Assembly (NCBI RefSeq): GCF_964204645.1
Contig: NC_134029.1
Coordinates: 16,734,950-16,798,949 of the forward strand
Origin: Tubulanus polymorphus
Taxonomy: Eukaryota > Animalia > Nemertea
Direction of reading: 5' to 3'
Length of the DNA: 64,000 nucleotides
The position numbers and the translations under genes are program-made. Positions within the stretch are counted from its first letter, which is position 1. Each line of letters begins with the position of its first letter. Under the pieces are notes generated by a model. The model was not told where the DNA came from. It was given only the letters and a program-made list of their open reading frames with translations, and did not search any database. This document shows, one piece after another, positions 41,085-53,427 of the stretch.

Positions 41085-42327
41085 TGTCAGCCATCGAGCT
41101 ACGTTCCCCTTGCAATGGAAATCCGAGTTACTACAACATTTACGTCGTATATGTATCAATTTCTTCCAGGTTGTTTGGTCTGATAATCAGTAGGTTATCA
41201 TCCTCAGCACCCAGAGAAGTATGTTTATATACATAAGTTGTCGTGACGAGCATTTACCTATGAACCATGAAGTACTGAACTGACGTCTCTCGACCTATCC
41301 GAGTCATGCATTTTTCCACCGGGTTTTCGTGTAATCTTGAACTAAATAAAATGTTAGACCGTACTAAACCTTGTAACAGTAAGCACTGCCTTGTTGTCCC
41401 TGGTCGTCGTTCGTTACACTTATTCGTTGGATTCGGAGTTCGTCGTTATGTCTCGTCGCCGTTCGTCCTTGTAGTTAACAGTCGCTACAATTTGGTCCCT
41501 CGAGCCGGATCCATTTGAAGAAAATTTGAAGAAAGAAGTAACCAGAAGTTCACGACATGACAGATTTTGAAAGCTTGAAGGAGCTACGGAGGGAGCAACG
41601 AGGACAATTCACGAAATGGAAAAAGAAATGTGACGACCATCTGAAAGAGAAACACGCGGCTCAAGGTATGTCTACCGTTTGCACTCTAAAGCCGGGCGTA
41701 GGTCGACCTTGCGACGCGACGCGATCGTCGCGTTGCGTCACAAGTCGGGGCGTAAGTCGGTTGCGACGCGATTGTCAGCGACTGTGTGCGACTAGTTGCT
41801 CCCAGTCGCAAGAGCGCGTAGTTCGGTTGCGACGGTCGCGTCGCGTCGCAGAAAGTAGAACATGTGCGACTCATTGCGACTGGCGTCGCTGGCAGTCGCA
41901 ACCCGTCGCTGGCAGTCGCAAGGTAGCGTAGGTCGGCGAGTCGTTGCGACGCGATCGTCGCTGGCGGTCGCAGTGAGTCGCAAGCCGTCGCAAGGCCGAC
42001 CTACGCCCGGCTTAAGACATACATTTTCGAAATAGGAAGAGATAGAAAAAGACTTGATAAGTACTTGCGAATTAAGAGGGAGAGATCGTCACAGGAGATG
42101 AATATCTGTGTGAGCGACTTACTGAAATTAACATTCTTGAGATAGCATTTAATCAGTTGTGTGCCAATGTTGCAGACAAAAATTCCAGTTCACTTACGAA
42201 CAGTAAGCGCATATCCTTGCCGAAATTGCAGTTACCAAAATTTGCTGGTGATTTGTTGGAGTGGTGTTCCTTTTGGGATTTTTTTAAGACTACGGTTGAC
42301 GAACAAAGTAATTTGAGTTCAGTGAAT
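41085..42327 (+). mobile_element. Truncated BEL/Pao LTR retrotransposon: 5' LTR (41085-41489), PBS (41493-41510), gag fragment
   Basis: TGT...ACA LTR followed by tggtccctcgagccggat (complementary to a tRNA-Tyr 3' end); disrupted gag from 41557 with LPKLQLPKFAGDLLEWCSFWDFF (DUF1759-type). Confidence 0.8.
41690..42012. mobile_element. PIF/Harbinger-like MITE inserted in the gag
   Basis: TIRs agccgggcgtaggtcg.ccttgcgac, flanked by a TAA duplication (41687-89, 42013-15); rich in gtcgc/gcgac. Confidence 0.8.
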
Positions 42328-42362
42328 TAAATCAATTGGTCGCTCCGCGACCAATTGATTTA
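42328..42362. other. Perfect hairpin, 16-bp stem / 3-nt loop (copy at 44717-44751)
   Basis: taaatcaattggtcgc-tcc-gcgaccaattgattta. Confidence 0.85.
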
Positions 42363-42808
42363 TTTACAATACACAAATTCATATAATCAAATATATTCAA
42401 ATAATAATAATTATTCTATTATTTAACTAAAATACACACGGCTATGAAAATATATTATAGTTTTAAATTACTTTTAATATTTGTTTTTAATGAACTCGAC
42501 CATTCAACCTTTAACCTAGAACAACTAAACCCCTATTACTCTTAAAATATTTATATACATGAATAAAATATATATGAATAACATATAAATTGATAGATTA
42601 TTCAATATAAAAGTGTAAGTAAAGTGTTAATAAAGTGTGAGCTCTTATAGAATAGATATATAGATATATTTTAAACATATTTCAATATTTATATTTGTAT
42701 GAGTTAGATTTTTAAACATTAAAAGTGTTAGTAAAGTGTGATTGAAATAATTCATATTTAAATCATTGAACTTCTAAAATCAATTTTAATAAAAAATTTA
42801 GTATTAAA

Positions 42809-44197
42809 ATGGAAGCAAATAAGTACTACTGTTCAACATGTAAAATCAATATAGATAAATCCCAAAAAGCAAGACACAATAAAACTAAAACACATTTAGA
42901 GAATAAATTGAAATTAGAATATAAAGATGATATATTAGAAACTAAATTAGATGAATTAAAGAATGAAAAAGAAACATATAAATGTGATACATGTAATCAA
43001 TCATTCAGTGATAAAAGATATTATAAAGAACATTTAAAATCTAAAAGTCATATTGGAAATATTGGAAATATGAATAATGATATTTTAGGTGAGGATTATT
43101 TTGATAATGACAATGATCAGAAACATAAGACAATTAAAAGAATAAGAAATAAATTAAACAATAAAAGACCATACATGGAAGATGTAAGAAATTATATTAA
43201 TTCATTAGATAATAAAAAAAATATAGAGATAACCGAAGCATTTAAAAGTGATATTGGTCCAGCTGCTAGTGAGTTTAAATTTCATAAAGGAAAAACATTA
43301 GAAGAAAATAAATAACATTTAGAAAATATGAAAAATATCATAAAAATAATTACTGATGTTGAATACCCTAAAATAAGTATATCTTCTAAAGTAAAGTTTA
43401 GGCAAAAAAAAATTGATACCTTGTTTCTCCGCTCTGCTGAGCTTAAATGTTGACCCGGCCGGCCGCCTATCTACCCTATACATTACTTTTTTTTAAATCG
43501 TGATCAATTTCACCATAACAGACCCGGCCGCTATGGAAATGAACTGTTTATGAATTTTATCATATTTCACAAAAATGACCCGGCCGCTGCGGAGAAACAA
43601 GATATCATTTTTGTTTAGCCTTATAAAATCTGAAGATAAACCAATATATAATATAAATTCTCATTCACAACATATTATATCTAAACAACATATAGATGAA
43701 AAATTAGATAAATGTTATAATGAAGTAAAAACTAAAATAGAAGAGAAATATTTTGAAGGATCTGGTTTAATATTTGATGAAATAATATTTATGACTTTAC
43801 ATGTTTATAACACAAAATATAATAAGTTAACTAAATCGAAACCAATAGATGAAAATAATGAAACCAGATATTGAAGCATCGAGTTATATCAAACTACCAT
43901 TTAAAACTAATGCTGTAATAAATGTACAAAATTTTGAAGATAAATGTTTTCTATGGACAATTATAAGTTGTTTACACGCAGTTGAAGATTATAAACAACA
44001 TAGTTTTAGATTAACACATTATAAACCATTTGAAAATAATTATAAGATAGATAAGTATCCTATTAGAATTAAAAATATCCCAAAAATAGAAAGAGATAAT
44101 AATTTAAGAATAAATGTATTTGATTTAATCAAATCATCAAAAACAAAAGGTAACAATATAAAACATTATACATTAGAACCTTTATATTTAACAAAAG
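42809..44197 (+). pseudogene. Duplicated 5' part of polymerase 1 (zinc-finger N-terminal region)
   Basis: Nearly identical to 45198-46586; carries a stop, a MITE and a frameshift. Confidence 0.85.
43401..43620. mobile_element. PIF/Harbinger-like MITE in the polymerase 5' region
   Basis: TIRs ggc.aaa.aaa..tgata.cttgtttctccgc, TTA duplication; removal restores KVKFIKSEDKP (compare GKVSFIKSEEK in polymerase 2). Confidence 0.8.
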
Positions 44198-45197
44198 TTC
44201 GGTTGCGTAGTTCGGTTGCGACGGTCGCGTCGCGTCGCAGAAAGTAGAACATGTGCGACTCATTGCGACTGGCGTCGCTGGCAGTCGCAACCCGTCGCTG
44301 GCAGTCGCAAGGTAGCGTAGGTCGGCGAGTCGTTGCGACGCGATCTTCGCTGGCGGTCGCAGTGAGTCGCAAGCCGTCGCAAGGCCGACCTACGCCCGGC
44401 TTAAGACATACATTTTCGAAATAGGAAGAGATAGAAAAAGACTTGATAAGTACTTGCGAATTAAGAGGGAGAGATCGTCACAGGAGATGAATATCTGTGT
44501 GAGCGACTTACTGAAATTAACATTCTTGAGATAGCATTTAATCAATTGTGTGCCAATGTTGCAGACAAAAATTCCAGTTCACTTACGAACAGTAAGCGCA
44601 TATCCTTGCCGAAATTGCAGTTACCAAAATTTGCTGGTGATTTGTTGGAGTGGTGTTCCTTTTGGGATTTTTTTAAGTCTACGGTTGACGAACAAAGTAA
44701 TTTGAGTTCAGTGAATTAAATCAATTGGTCGCTCCGCGACCAATTGATTTATTTACAATACACAAATTCATATAATCAAATATATTCAAATGATAATAAT
44801 TATTCTATTATTTAACTAAAATACACACGGCTATGAAAATATATTATAGTTTTAAATTACTTTTAATATTTGTTTTTAATGAACTCGACCATTCAACCTT
44901 TAACCTAGAACAACTAAACCCCTATTACTCTTAAAATATTTATATACATGAATAAAATATATATGAATAACATATAAATTGATAGATTATTCAATATAAA
45001 AGTGTTAGTAAAGTGTTAATAAAGTGTGAGCTCTTATAGAATAGATATATAGATATATTTTAAACATATTTCAATATTTATATTTGTATGAGTTAGATTT
45101 TTAAACATTAAAAGTGTTAGTAAAGTGTGATTGAAATAATTCATATTTAAATCATTGAACTTCTAAAATCAATTTTAATAAAAAATTTAGTATTAAA

Positions 45198-48100
45198 ATG
45201 GAAGCAAATAAGTACTACTGTTCAACATGTAAAATCAATATAGATAAATCCCAAAAAGCAAGACACAATGAAACTAAAACACATTGAGAGAATAAATTGA
45301 AATTAGAATATAAAGATGATATATTAGAAACTAAATTAGATGAATTAAAGAATGAAAAAGAAACATATAAATGTGATACATGTAATCAATCATTCAGTGA
45401 TAAAAGATATTATAAAGAACATTTAAAATCTAAAAGTCATATTGGAAATATTGGAAATATGAATAATGATATTTTAGGTGAGGATTATTTTGATAATGAC
45501 AATGATCAGAAACATAAGACAATTAAAAGAATAAGAAATAAATTAAACAATAAAAGACCATACATGGAAGATGTAAGAAATTATATTAATTCATTAGATA
45601 ATAAAAAAAATATAGAGATAACCGAAGCATTTAAAAGTGATATTGGTCCAGCTGCTAGTGAGTTTAAATTTCATAAAGGAAAAACATTAGAAGAAAATAA
45701 ATAACATTTAGAAAATATGAAAAATATCATAAAAATAATTACTGATGTTGAATACCCTAAAATAAGTATATCTTCTAAAGTAAAGTTTAGGCAAAAAAAA
45801 AATTGATACCTTGTTTCTCCGCTCTGCTGAGCTTAAATGTTGACCCGGCCGGCCGCCTATCTACCCTATACATTACTTTTTTTTAAATCGTGATCAATTT
45901 CACCATAACAGACCCGGCCGCTATGGAAATGAACTGTTTATGAATTTTATCATATTTCACAAAAATGACCCGGCCGCTGCGGAGAAACAAGATATCATTT
46001 TTGTTAGCCTTATAAAATCTGAAGATAAACCAATATATAATATAAATTCTCATTCACAACATATTATATCTAAACAACATATAGATGAAAAATTAGATAA
46101 ATGTTATAATGAAGTAAAAACTAAAATAGAAGAGAAATATTTTGAAGGATCTGGTTTAATATTTGATGAAATAATATTTATGACTTTACATGTTTATAAC
46201 ACAAAATATAATAAGTTAACTAAATCGAAACCAATAGATGAAAATAATGAAACCAGATATTGAAGCATCGAGTTATATCAAACTACCATTTAAAACTAAT
46301 GCTGTAATAAATGTACAAAATTTTGAAGATAAATGTTTTCTATGGACAATTATAAGTTGTTTACACGCAGTTGAAGATTATAAACAACATAGTTTTAGAT
46401 TAACACATTATAAACCATTTGAAAATAATTATAAGATAGATAAGTATCCTATTAGAATTAAAAATATCCCAAAAATAGAAAGAGATAATAATTTAAGAAT
46501 AAATGTATTTGATTTAATCAAATCATCAAAAACAAAAGGTAACAATATAAAACATTATACATTAGAACCTTTATATTTAACAAAAGATTATGATTCAAAC
46601 GATGTTATAGATATATTATATTATGAGAATCATTACATGTGGATTAAAAGAATTGATTTATTTTTTAAATCAGAAAGTATTTTTGATAATAAAATATATC
46701 TATGTAGAAAATGTTTACATAAATTCAGAACTGAAAGTGCATTATTAAATCATACACAATTATGTGAAAATCATGATTATTGTAAATTAGTTTTACCAAT
46801 TGAAAAAGATAAAATATTAGAATTCAAAAAATATGATTACAAAAATAAAGTTCCATTTGTAATATATGGAGATTTTGAATCATTAAATAAAGAATTAATT
46901 GATCGAGATAGAAAAGAAATATATTATAAAAGAAAGAAATTAAATTCTAATGAAAATGATTTTTCAGATGAACCACCAAAAACAATTACTATTAAAAAGA
47001 TTCATCAATCAGCTGCTGCTTTCGGGTTATATATTAAATCTGATTATCCAGAACTAATTAAAAGTGAATATTATCATTATAGAAATGAAAATGTTATCAA
47101 TATTTTTGTGACTTATTAATTGAATATGAAATAAGATTTAGTAAATTATTGAATTCAAATATAGAAATTATAATGACAGAAGACGATAAAGAAGCATTTG
47201 AGTTTACAGATAAATGTTATTATTGTGAAAAGATATTTAATTATAAAGATAAAAAAGTAAGAGACCATGATCATTTGAATGGAACGTTTAGAGGCGCTGC
47301 GCATGAGAATTGTAATTTGCAAGCAAAGAAAATCAATTTTGTTCCAGTTATATTTCATAATCTATCAGGATATGATGCACATTTATTCATCAAACAGTTA
47401 TGCCATAAAATAGAAGAAATTAATAATGAAATAGAAAGATTAAATTCAAATAGATCAAAAGATAAAATACCAACTTATAAATTTAAAATGTTAGCTAGAA
47501 CATCTGAGAATTATATATCATTCCAATTTGGGTGTCTAAGATTTATAGATTCATATAGATTTTTAAATAGTTCATTAGATAACTTATCAAAATCATTAGT
47601 TGATGATGAATTAAAAATATTAAAGCAACACTATCCAAATAATGATGATTTTCAATTAATGAGATATAAAGGCGCAATTCCATATTCATTTTATAAATCA
47701 CATAATGATTTTAATATAACTGAATTATTGAAAGAACAATTCTATGATGAATTAAGAAATGAATATGTTAAAGATGAAGTCTATAATAGAACATTGAATA
47801 TTTGGAATCATTTTGGAATGAAAAATCATGGACAATTAGTAGATTTATATTTAAAATCAGATGTATTATTATTATCGGATATATTTGAAAGGTTTAGAGA
47901 TGTAAACCTAAAATATTTCAATATTGATCCTTGTCATTGTTATTCTAGTCCAGATTTAACATGGGATTGTGGTTTAAAATGTACAAATATGAAAATGGAT
48001 TTGTTAACAAATATAGATCAATTATTATTATTTGAAAAATCTATGAGAGGAGGAGTTTCAGGTGTATTAGGTGATAGATATTTCAATGTAAATGATAACA

Positions 48101-49105
48101 CTGGATATAAGTTATTATATATAGATGCAAATAATTTGTATGGTTGGGCAATGATGGAACCACAACCTTATGGAGTATTTGAAATAAGTGAAGTTTTTGA
48201 AAATAATGATAAATTTGATTGGAAGAAAAGAATTCTAGATATTGCAGATGATTCAGATACTGGTTACTTCTTTGTTGTAGACTTGGAATATCCTGATCAT
48301 ATTAAATTTAAATCTAGAAATCTAGTATGCTGTCCCGAACATAAAACTGTAACTCATGAAGAATTATCAAATTATCAAAAAAGAATTAAACCCGAAAATC
48401 ATATTCATACAGAAAAGTTAATGGTAACTCAAGAAGATAAATATAATTATGTAGTACATCATAGAATGTTAAAGTTTTATTTGAATCAAGGAATGGTTCT
48501 AAAAAAAGTACATAGATATATTTCATTTAGTCAATCTAAGTGGTTAGAAAAATATATAGATTTTAACACCAAACAGAGAACTGAAGCTAAAACTGATTTC
48601 GAGAAAGATTTCTTCAAGTTAATGAATAATGCATTCTATGGTAAGACTTGTGAAAATATTAGAAATAGAAATGATATTGAGTTAGTTAGTAATGGCAAAA
48701 GGATAAGGCATTTACAAACATATCCTAAATTTATAGGTAACAGAATATTTGATGAAAATTTAGCTGCAGTTAAAATGAGAAGAACATCTATGAAATTTAA
48801 TAAACCAATTTATGTTGGAGCATCAGTTTTAGAATTATCAAAGTTATTAATGTATGAATTCTATTATAATGTATTACAACCTCATTTTGGAGAAAAACAT
48901 ATAGAAATCTTATATTTTGATACTGACAGTTACATATTAAAGATAAAAACTAATAACATAACTGATGATTTAAAAACATTAAAACATCATTTTGATTTTA
49001 GTAATTATCCTAAAAATCATGAATTGTTTAGCAATGATAATAAAAAGCGACCGGGAAAATTCAAAGATGAATTAATGTGGTGAAGAAATGATTGAATTCA
49101 TTGGT
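45198..49105 (+). pseudogene. Protein-primed family B DNA polymerase 1 (intein-free); N-terminal zinc fingers and an EndoVII/HNH-like insert; 3' end displaced by an inversion
   Basis: IYGDFES (ExoI), RDHDHLNGTFRGAAHENCNL, FHNLSGYD (ExoII), YLKSDV (ExoIII), MRGG, YIDANNLYGWAM (A), KLMNNAFYGK (B), YFDTDS (C); several stops/frameshifts and a MITE. Confidence 0.92.
45790..46009. mobile_element. Second copy of the same MITE (via the tandem duplication)
   Basis: Same TIRs and TTA duplication. Confidence 0.8.
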
Positions 49106-49340
49106 TTTAAAATTAGATGAAACCATTTATTTACATTTCTAATATGAATTAAAAAAGTATTATGTTCAATAGTTTTATTCGATATATTGTAAAATGAGTT
49201 ACATAAACTTATATTAACTAATTTTAAATCAACACAATTCTTAAATTCTCTATCTAATTGTACTTGTAAATTATGAGATTTATAATTTGTAAGTTTTCTA
49301 GAATCAACAAATATTCTATATTCTTTTAATTCTACGATCT
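49102..49340 (-). pseudogene. 5' part of penton-like gene 1 (inverted)
   Basis: Reverse complement reads VELKEYRIFVDSRKLTNYKSHNLQVQLDREFKNCVDLKLVNISLCNSF, nearly the same as the start at 63070. Confidence 0.8.
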
Positions 49341-49355
49341 ATTTTACATATTTTC

Positions 49356-49709
49356 TTATTCGAAATCTATTTCATGGTGCCCCTTTTCATCCTTACCTTT
49401 GTATACGAAATAGAAATCTCCAGAACATAATTCTTCTAAATCTTCACTTGATAATCTATGAAATCTATCCGGTAAATATGTTCTGAATTTATATGTATTT
49501 CCTTTTAATCCTTCATATTCTAAGTGTATAACTAATTTATCTCCATATTTGTTAGTAATTGTATCAATATTTGTAATTAGATATTTCTTATGGATTATTA
49601 ATTGTTTTAACTTCTTAAATTTATAATCTACTGATTTGACATTTGAAGTATCTTTTATTCTATCTAGAAATAATTTGTTGTTCTCACTGTTTGCTTGTTT
49701 ACTCTCCAT
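49356..49709 (-). CDS. Hypothetical viral protein, 117 aa (inside the inversion)
   Basis: Intact ORF with TAAATG start; motif TNKYGDKLVIHL...TYLPDRF. Confidence 0.6.
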   Translation of the reverse strand: MESKQANSENNKLFLDRIKDTSNVKSVDYKFKKLKQLIIHKKYLITNIDTITNKYGDKLVIHLEYEGLKGNTYKFRTYLPDRFHRLSSEDLEELCSGDFYFVYKGKDEKGHHEIDFE

Positions 49710-49738
49710 TTATAATACATATTTTTATTAAAATTTGA

Positions 49739-50090
49739 TTAACACGTTAGAATTCTTTTCATTATCTCGTTCTCTTTTGTTTCTTCTCTTTTAAATTTTA
49801 AGTATTCATCTAAATTGCAACCATAAGCAACTGTGTGAATTCCGTCATCTAAAATATATCTTTTATCATCAAATGGGTTTAGACTTATCTTCTCTATCTC
49901 TTCAATAAACATTTCATGATCTTCAGATCTTAAACATTTCATCTTATGTTTTCTAACTTCTTCTTTGAATATACAATTGATGTAATCTTTGAAATGAATA
50001 TTCCGTTAAACAACGCTTTTGGTAATTCCTTTCAATTTCTTTGATTCATGAGTTTTGGTTTTATATGAATACATTTTGGATCTAATACCA
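49739..50090 (-). pseudogene. C-terminal part of polymerase 1 (inverted)
   Basis: GIRSKMYSYK...KKLKGITK...CLRSEDHEMFIEEIEKISLNPFDDKRYILDDG, colinear with the C-terminus of polymerase 2. Confidence 0.88.
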
Positions 50091-50612
50091 GGATTATATA
50101 ATTTAGAAACATTATCTCAAGAAATTAATCGAAGAGCACGGTCGAAAATTAGAAAAGATGATAAATTTTTAATTAGATTTATAAAAAGTGATAGCACAAA
50201 TAAAATTAAATTAAAGGTATTTGATGAAAGTCAACATGCATTTATAGTAAAAAAACCATTAGCTAAATTGCTAGGAATTGCACCAGATGTTGTTACAGGA
50301 AACGTAGAAGGCATTTCAAATATAATACCTTTTACGCACTTTTATATTTATTGCAATTTAATTGATCCTACAAAAACATTTGAAGCAACTAAAGATACAA
50401 TTTGTAATTCTAGTATATTAAATATTTTACCATTAAAAAATGTTAAACAATTTGGAACGCAAATAAATTATAATTTAGCTGAATGTGATTTTAAACCTTG
50501 TATTCCTCAATTTAACAATTTTAAGTTAGAAGTAAGAAATCACAATGGATACTAAATTGATTTGAATAACTTTCCTGTAATTTATGAATTAGTTATAAGA
50601 TGTAAAGAGTAA
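50087..50612 (+). pseudogene. 3' part of minor capsid (penton-like) gene 1
   Basis: PGLYN...LAKLLGI...FYIYCNLID...ILNILPL...FNNFKLEVRNHNG..IDLNNFPVIYELVIR follows the Polinton penton pattern; one in-frame stop. Confidence 0.65.
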
Positions 50613-50628
50613 TTTTTTCACTATATAA

Positions 50629-50988
50629 ATGAATATAACTGTTGGACCGAGTATATGTTTTGGGTTTGATTTTAAACGTGAGAAAGAAATGAAATTTAAC
50701 ATTAATGATGTAATTACACATATCAAAAATATTGCATTTTCTAATGAAACAACATTTGAGTATGAAAAAACAATAGATAAAGAAACTTTAAATGTAGGAA
50801 AGATTACTAATTTCATTAGAGAATCTTTAAGATTTTATGAAATAGATGAAGATTTTATCATCGATGATATTAAAAAAATAATATTTGAAATATATACAAA
50901 TGAAACTAGTAATGAAATAAATGTTGAATTAATCATAAATAAGTTAACTAAATATTTTGAAGATAGTAATTTTTTGATAAATAAATAA
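50629..50988 (+). CDS. Hypothetical viral protein
   Basis: TAAATG start; homolog at 63845. Confidence 0.6.
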   Translation: MNITVGPSICFGFDFKREKEMKFNINDVITHIKNIAFSNETTFEYEKTIDKETLNVGKITNFIRESLRFYEIDEDFIIDDIKKIIFEIYTNETSNEINVELIINKLTKYFEDSNFLINK

Positions 50989-51206
50989 GTGATAATAAGT
51001 GGATAATAACTGGATTATATAATGGAGCATTATTATCAGTTGGAACTGTTGGTTATTCAATGGTATTAAAAAAAGTATTTAAAATGGGAAGTGTTAATGT
51101 TGATAGATTTGATATAAATGATATTTTAAAATTAACATTAGCAGTCACTTTATCTAATTTAACTATTGATTATTTAGAAAAACAAAAATACATTCCTCCC
51201 ATATAA
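50985..51206 (+). pseudogene. Small hydrophobic viral protein (~73 aa), start codon apparently mutated to ATA
   Basis: Open frame ...GYSMVLKKVFKMG...DILKLTLAVTLSNLTIDYLEKQKYIPPI*, preceded by the shared T-tract/TAAAT motif. Confidence 0.5.
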
Positions 51207-51230
51207 ATGCGTAATTATTTTACTAAATAA

Positions 51231-51653
51231 ATGGCTTCTGCAATTATAACTATTATAGGATCGGCAATTGTTAACGCTTTAGCATTTACTGGTGGTGGAT
51301 ATTTATTTAAACATATTGATAAAAATGGTTCATTATCAGAACAAAAAAGACATAACTTAGCATTAGAAAAATATAATAAAGCAGCGGAAGAATATAGAGA
51401 AAAGAGACAAAACTATATGGATTATATTAACAAGGAATTATATGATCAGAAGATTTCTCACAGAGATTTTCAATCAGTTGATGATGCAATGAGTTTATAT
51501 AACGCAGTAACCAATAAAGAAAAATTACATCTACATAAACCTACAATATCAGATTATTATACCCCAAGTAATGAACAGAAGAAATATGAAATAATTTGGA
51601 TTTTAGGGGGAACAGTTATTGTTATATTTGTTGCGTATAGATTTACTAATTAG
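51231..51653 (+). CDS. Hypothetical Polinton-type protein with N- and C-terminal hydrophobic segments
   Basis: MASAIITIIGSAIVNALAFTGGGYLF...EQKRHNLALEK; intact ORF, TAAATG start. Confidence 0.65.
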   Translation: MASAIITIIGSAIVNALAFTGGGYLFKHIDKNGSLSEQKRHNLALEKYNKAAEEYREKRQNYMDYINKELYDQKISHRDFQSVDDAMSLYNAVTNKEKLHLHKPTISDYYTPSNEQKKYEIIWILGGTVIVIFVAYRFTN

Positions 51654-51673
51654 TAATTTTTTTTGCTAAATAA

Positions 51674-52108
51674 ATGGATGATAAAGTTGATAATATTGAT
51701 ATTATTCCTCATGATATAAATAAAACTAAATTGAAAATATATTTGGAAAAACAAATATTAGAATTTGAAAGTGACTTAAGATTAAAAAAGAAAAAATATT
51801 TAAAAAGTAAAATTATATATTATTTTATTATCAGTGGTTCGGTTACAATTAGTTCTGTAATAACATTTCTAGCAATATTCAGTCCATTAACACCTTTAGC
51901 TATATCAATTGGTGTATTAGGATTATCATCAAGTGTTTTAACCGGTATAAGTTCAAAATTAAATATAAAAAGTAATAAAGAAAAAATTAAAACTAATATA
52001 AAAGAAATTAATAAATTAAAGAATACACTAGATTATATAATAAGTTTAAATGGTCATATAACAGTTGAAGAACAAGATAAATTATTAAAAGAATTAGTTA
52101 ATTATTAA
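51674..52108 (+). CDS. Hypothetical membrane protein (two central hydrophobic helices)
   Basis: Intact 144-aa ORF, TAAATG start. Confidence 0.6.
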   Translation: MDDKVDNIDIIPHDINKTKLKIYLEKQILEFESDLRLKKKKYLKSKIIYYFIISGSVTISSVITFLAIFSPLTPLAISIGVLGLSSSVLTGISSKLNIKSNKEKIKTNIKEINKLKNTLDYIISLNGHITVEEQDKLLKELVNY

Positions 52109-52124
52109 TTTTTTAATTATATAA

Positions 52125-53404
52125 ATGGGGTTTCCAAAAGCTTTCCAATATAATAAATCAATTAAATATAATATTCCTGCAATAGATTTTAACAAAAATA
52201 TTACATATAAAAATGTAGTTTTAAATTCATTAACTAATTTAGAAATTTATGTTACTGAATTTTATTTCTAAAATGGAAAATATATTTAATACATATGAAG
52301 TTACTTTTACTCGAGATGAATATCATATATATGAAGTAAAATCTAATATGAAATATTGGCAAAATCAATTAAATTTTGCTGTTTATTGTGCAACAACTGG
52401 TTGTGGTATAAGCTGGAATGATCATTTAAATAACTTAGATAAAAATTTGAATTATTCTGATTTAAAATTAATTCACACAATATTTAGATTTCACACATAT
52501 TTTCAAATCAGAATAATATTAAATGAATTAGAATTTACCCGGATCTAAATATTTTAAAGAATTGGATAATAATATTAATCTATCTAAGTTTTATAAAATA
52601 TGTAATGAATTTAATGTAAATATTAATTCCGATTTTAGAGCGCATGGTAAATTGCAAGGTATTGGTGAAGAGTATGAAATAAAAAGAATTGATTATATGC
52701 ATAGAATTTCAGCTTATCATAATTATAAAATTGATAATAATAATGGTTGGATTAATTTCATTTTAGAAAATAGTGAAGGTTTTACAAAATCAGGTATACA
52801 AAGAATAAATCAATCTATTAGAACTTATTTGATATGTATTTTAGGCGCGCAAGTTGAAACAAGATCACCAATAGTTGGAAATGATAACACTTCATTTGAT
52901 GCGCAGAAACAATTTAAAGTTTTATTTGAAGATTCCATTCATAATGATAAAAATAGATCGATTCCAGAAAACATTGTAAGATATCAAAATTATTTAGATA
53001 AATCACATATTAGATTAAATTATTGTATAGGCCCTAATCTATTCATTATTTCTAATGATTTAGTATTAAAGATGGGAAATATAATTGGTTATAATAATTT
53101 AATTAAAACTGCAACAATAAATAATTCATTTGGATTAAATGATATAAATAAAAAGATTATCACTGCTCCAAAATTAATGGAAGGTGAAAAAAATAAAAAA
53201 CATATTCAATCAACAGAAACTAAAACTAAGAATATTAAATTAAATAATGATTCTAAAATAAAAGATTACAATACTACAGAAATTATTAAAACTGATAATA
53301 TTCAACATGAAATAATTAAACTAAATGATGATAATAAATCCCATGAAAATGCTAAATTAGCTATAACTTTTATAGGAATTGTAATCGGCGGAATTATATT
53401 TTAA
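52125..53404 (+). pseudogene. Hypothetical viral protein with C-terminal TM segment, frameshifted
   Basis: TAAATG at 52125, joining ORFs 52249-52548 (WQNQLNFAVYCATTGCGIS) and 52562-53404. Confidence 0.6.
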
Positions 53405-53427
53405 ATTTTAATTTTTTTATTATGTAA

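Larger units (their letters stand above)
41816..46586. repeat. ~2.39-kb near-identical tandem duplication (41816-44197 / 44205-46586)
   Basis: Offset 2389 nt; only scattered substitutions and indels; short filler at the junction. Confidence 0.9.

Noticed and set aside
41686-41983. Arg/Ala-rich ORFs on both strands (also 44166-44372)
   Set aside because: By-products of the GC-rich Harbinger-like MITE
50055-50086. Listed start of the 166-aa ORF
   Set aside because: These first codons lie inside the inversion (antisense of polymerase 1); the true 5' part is at 49102-49340 on the minus strand
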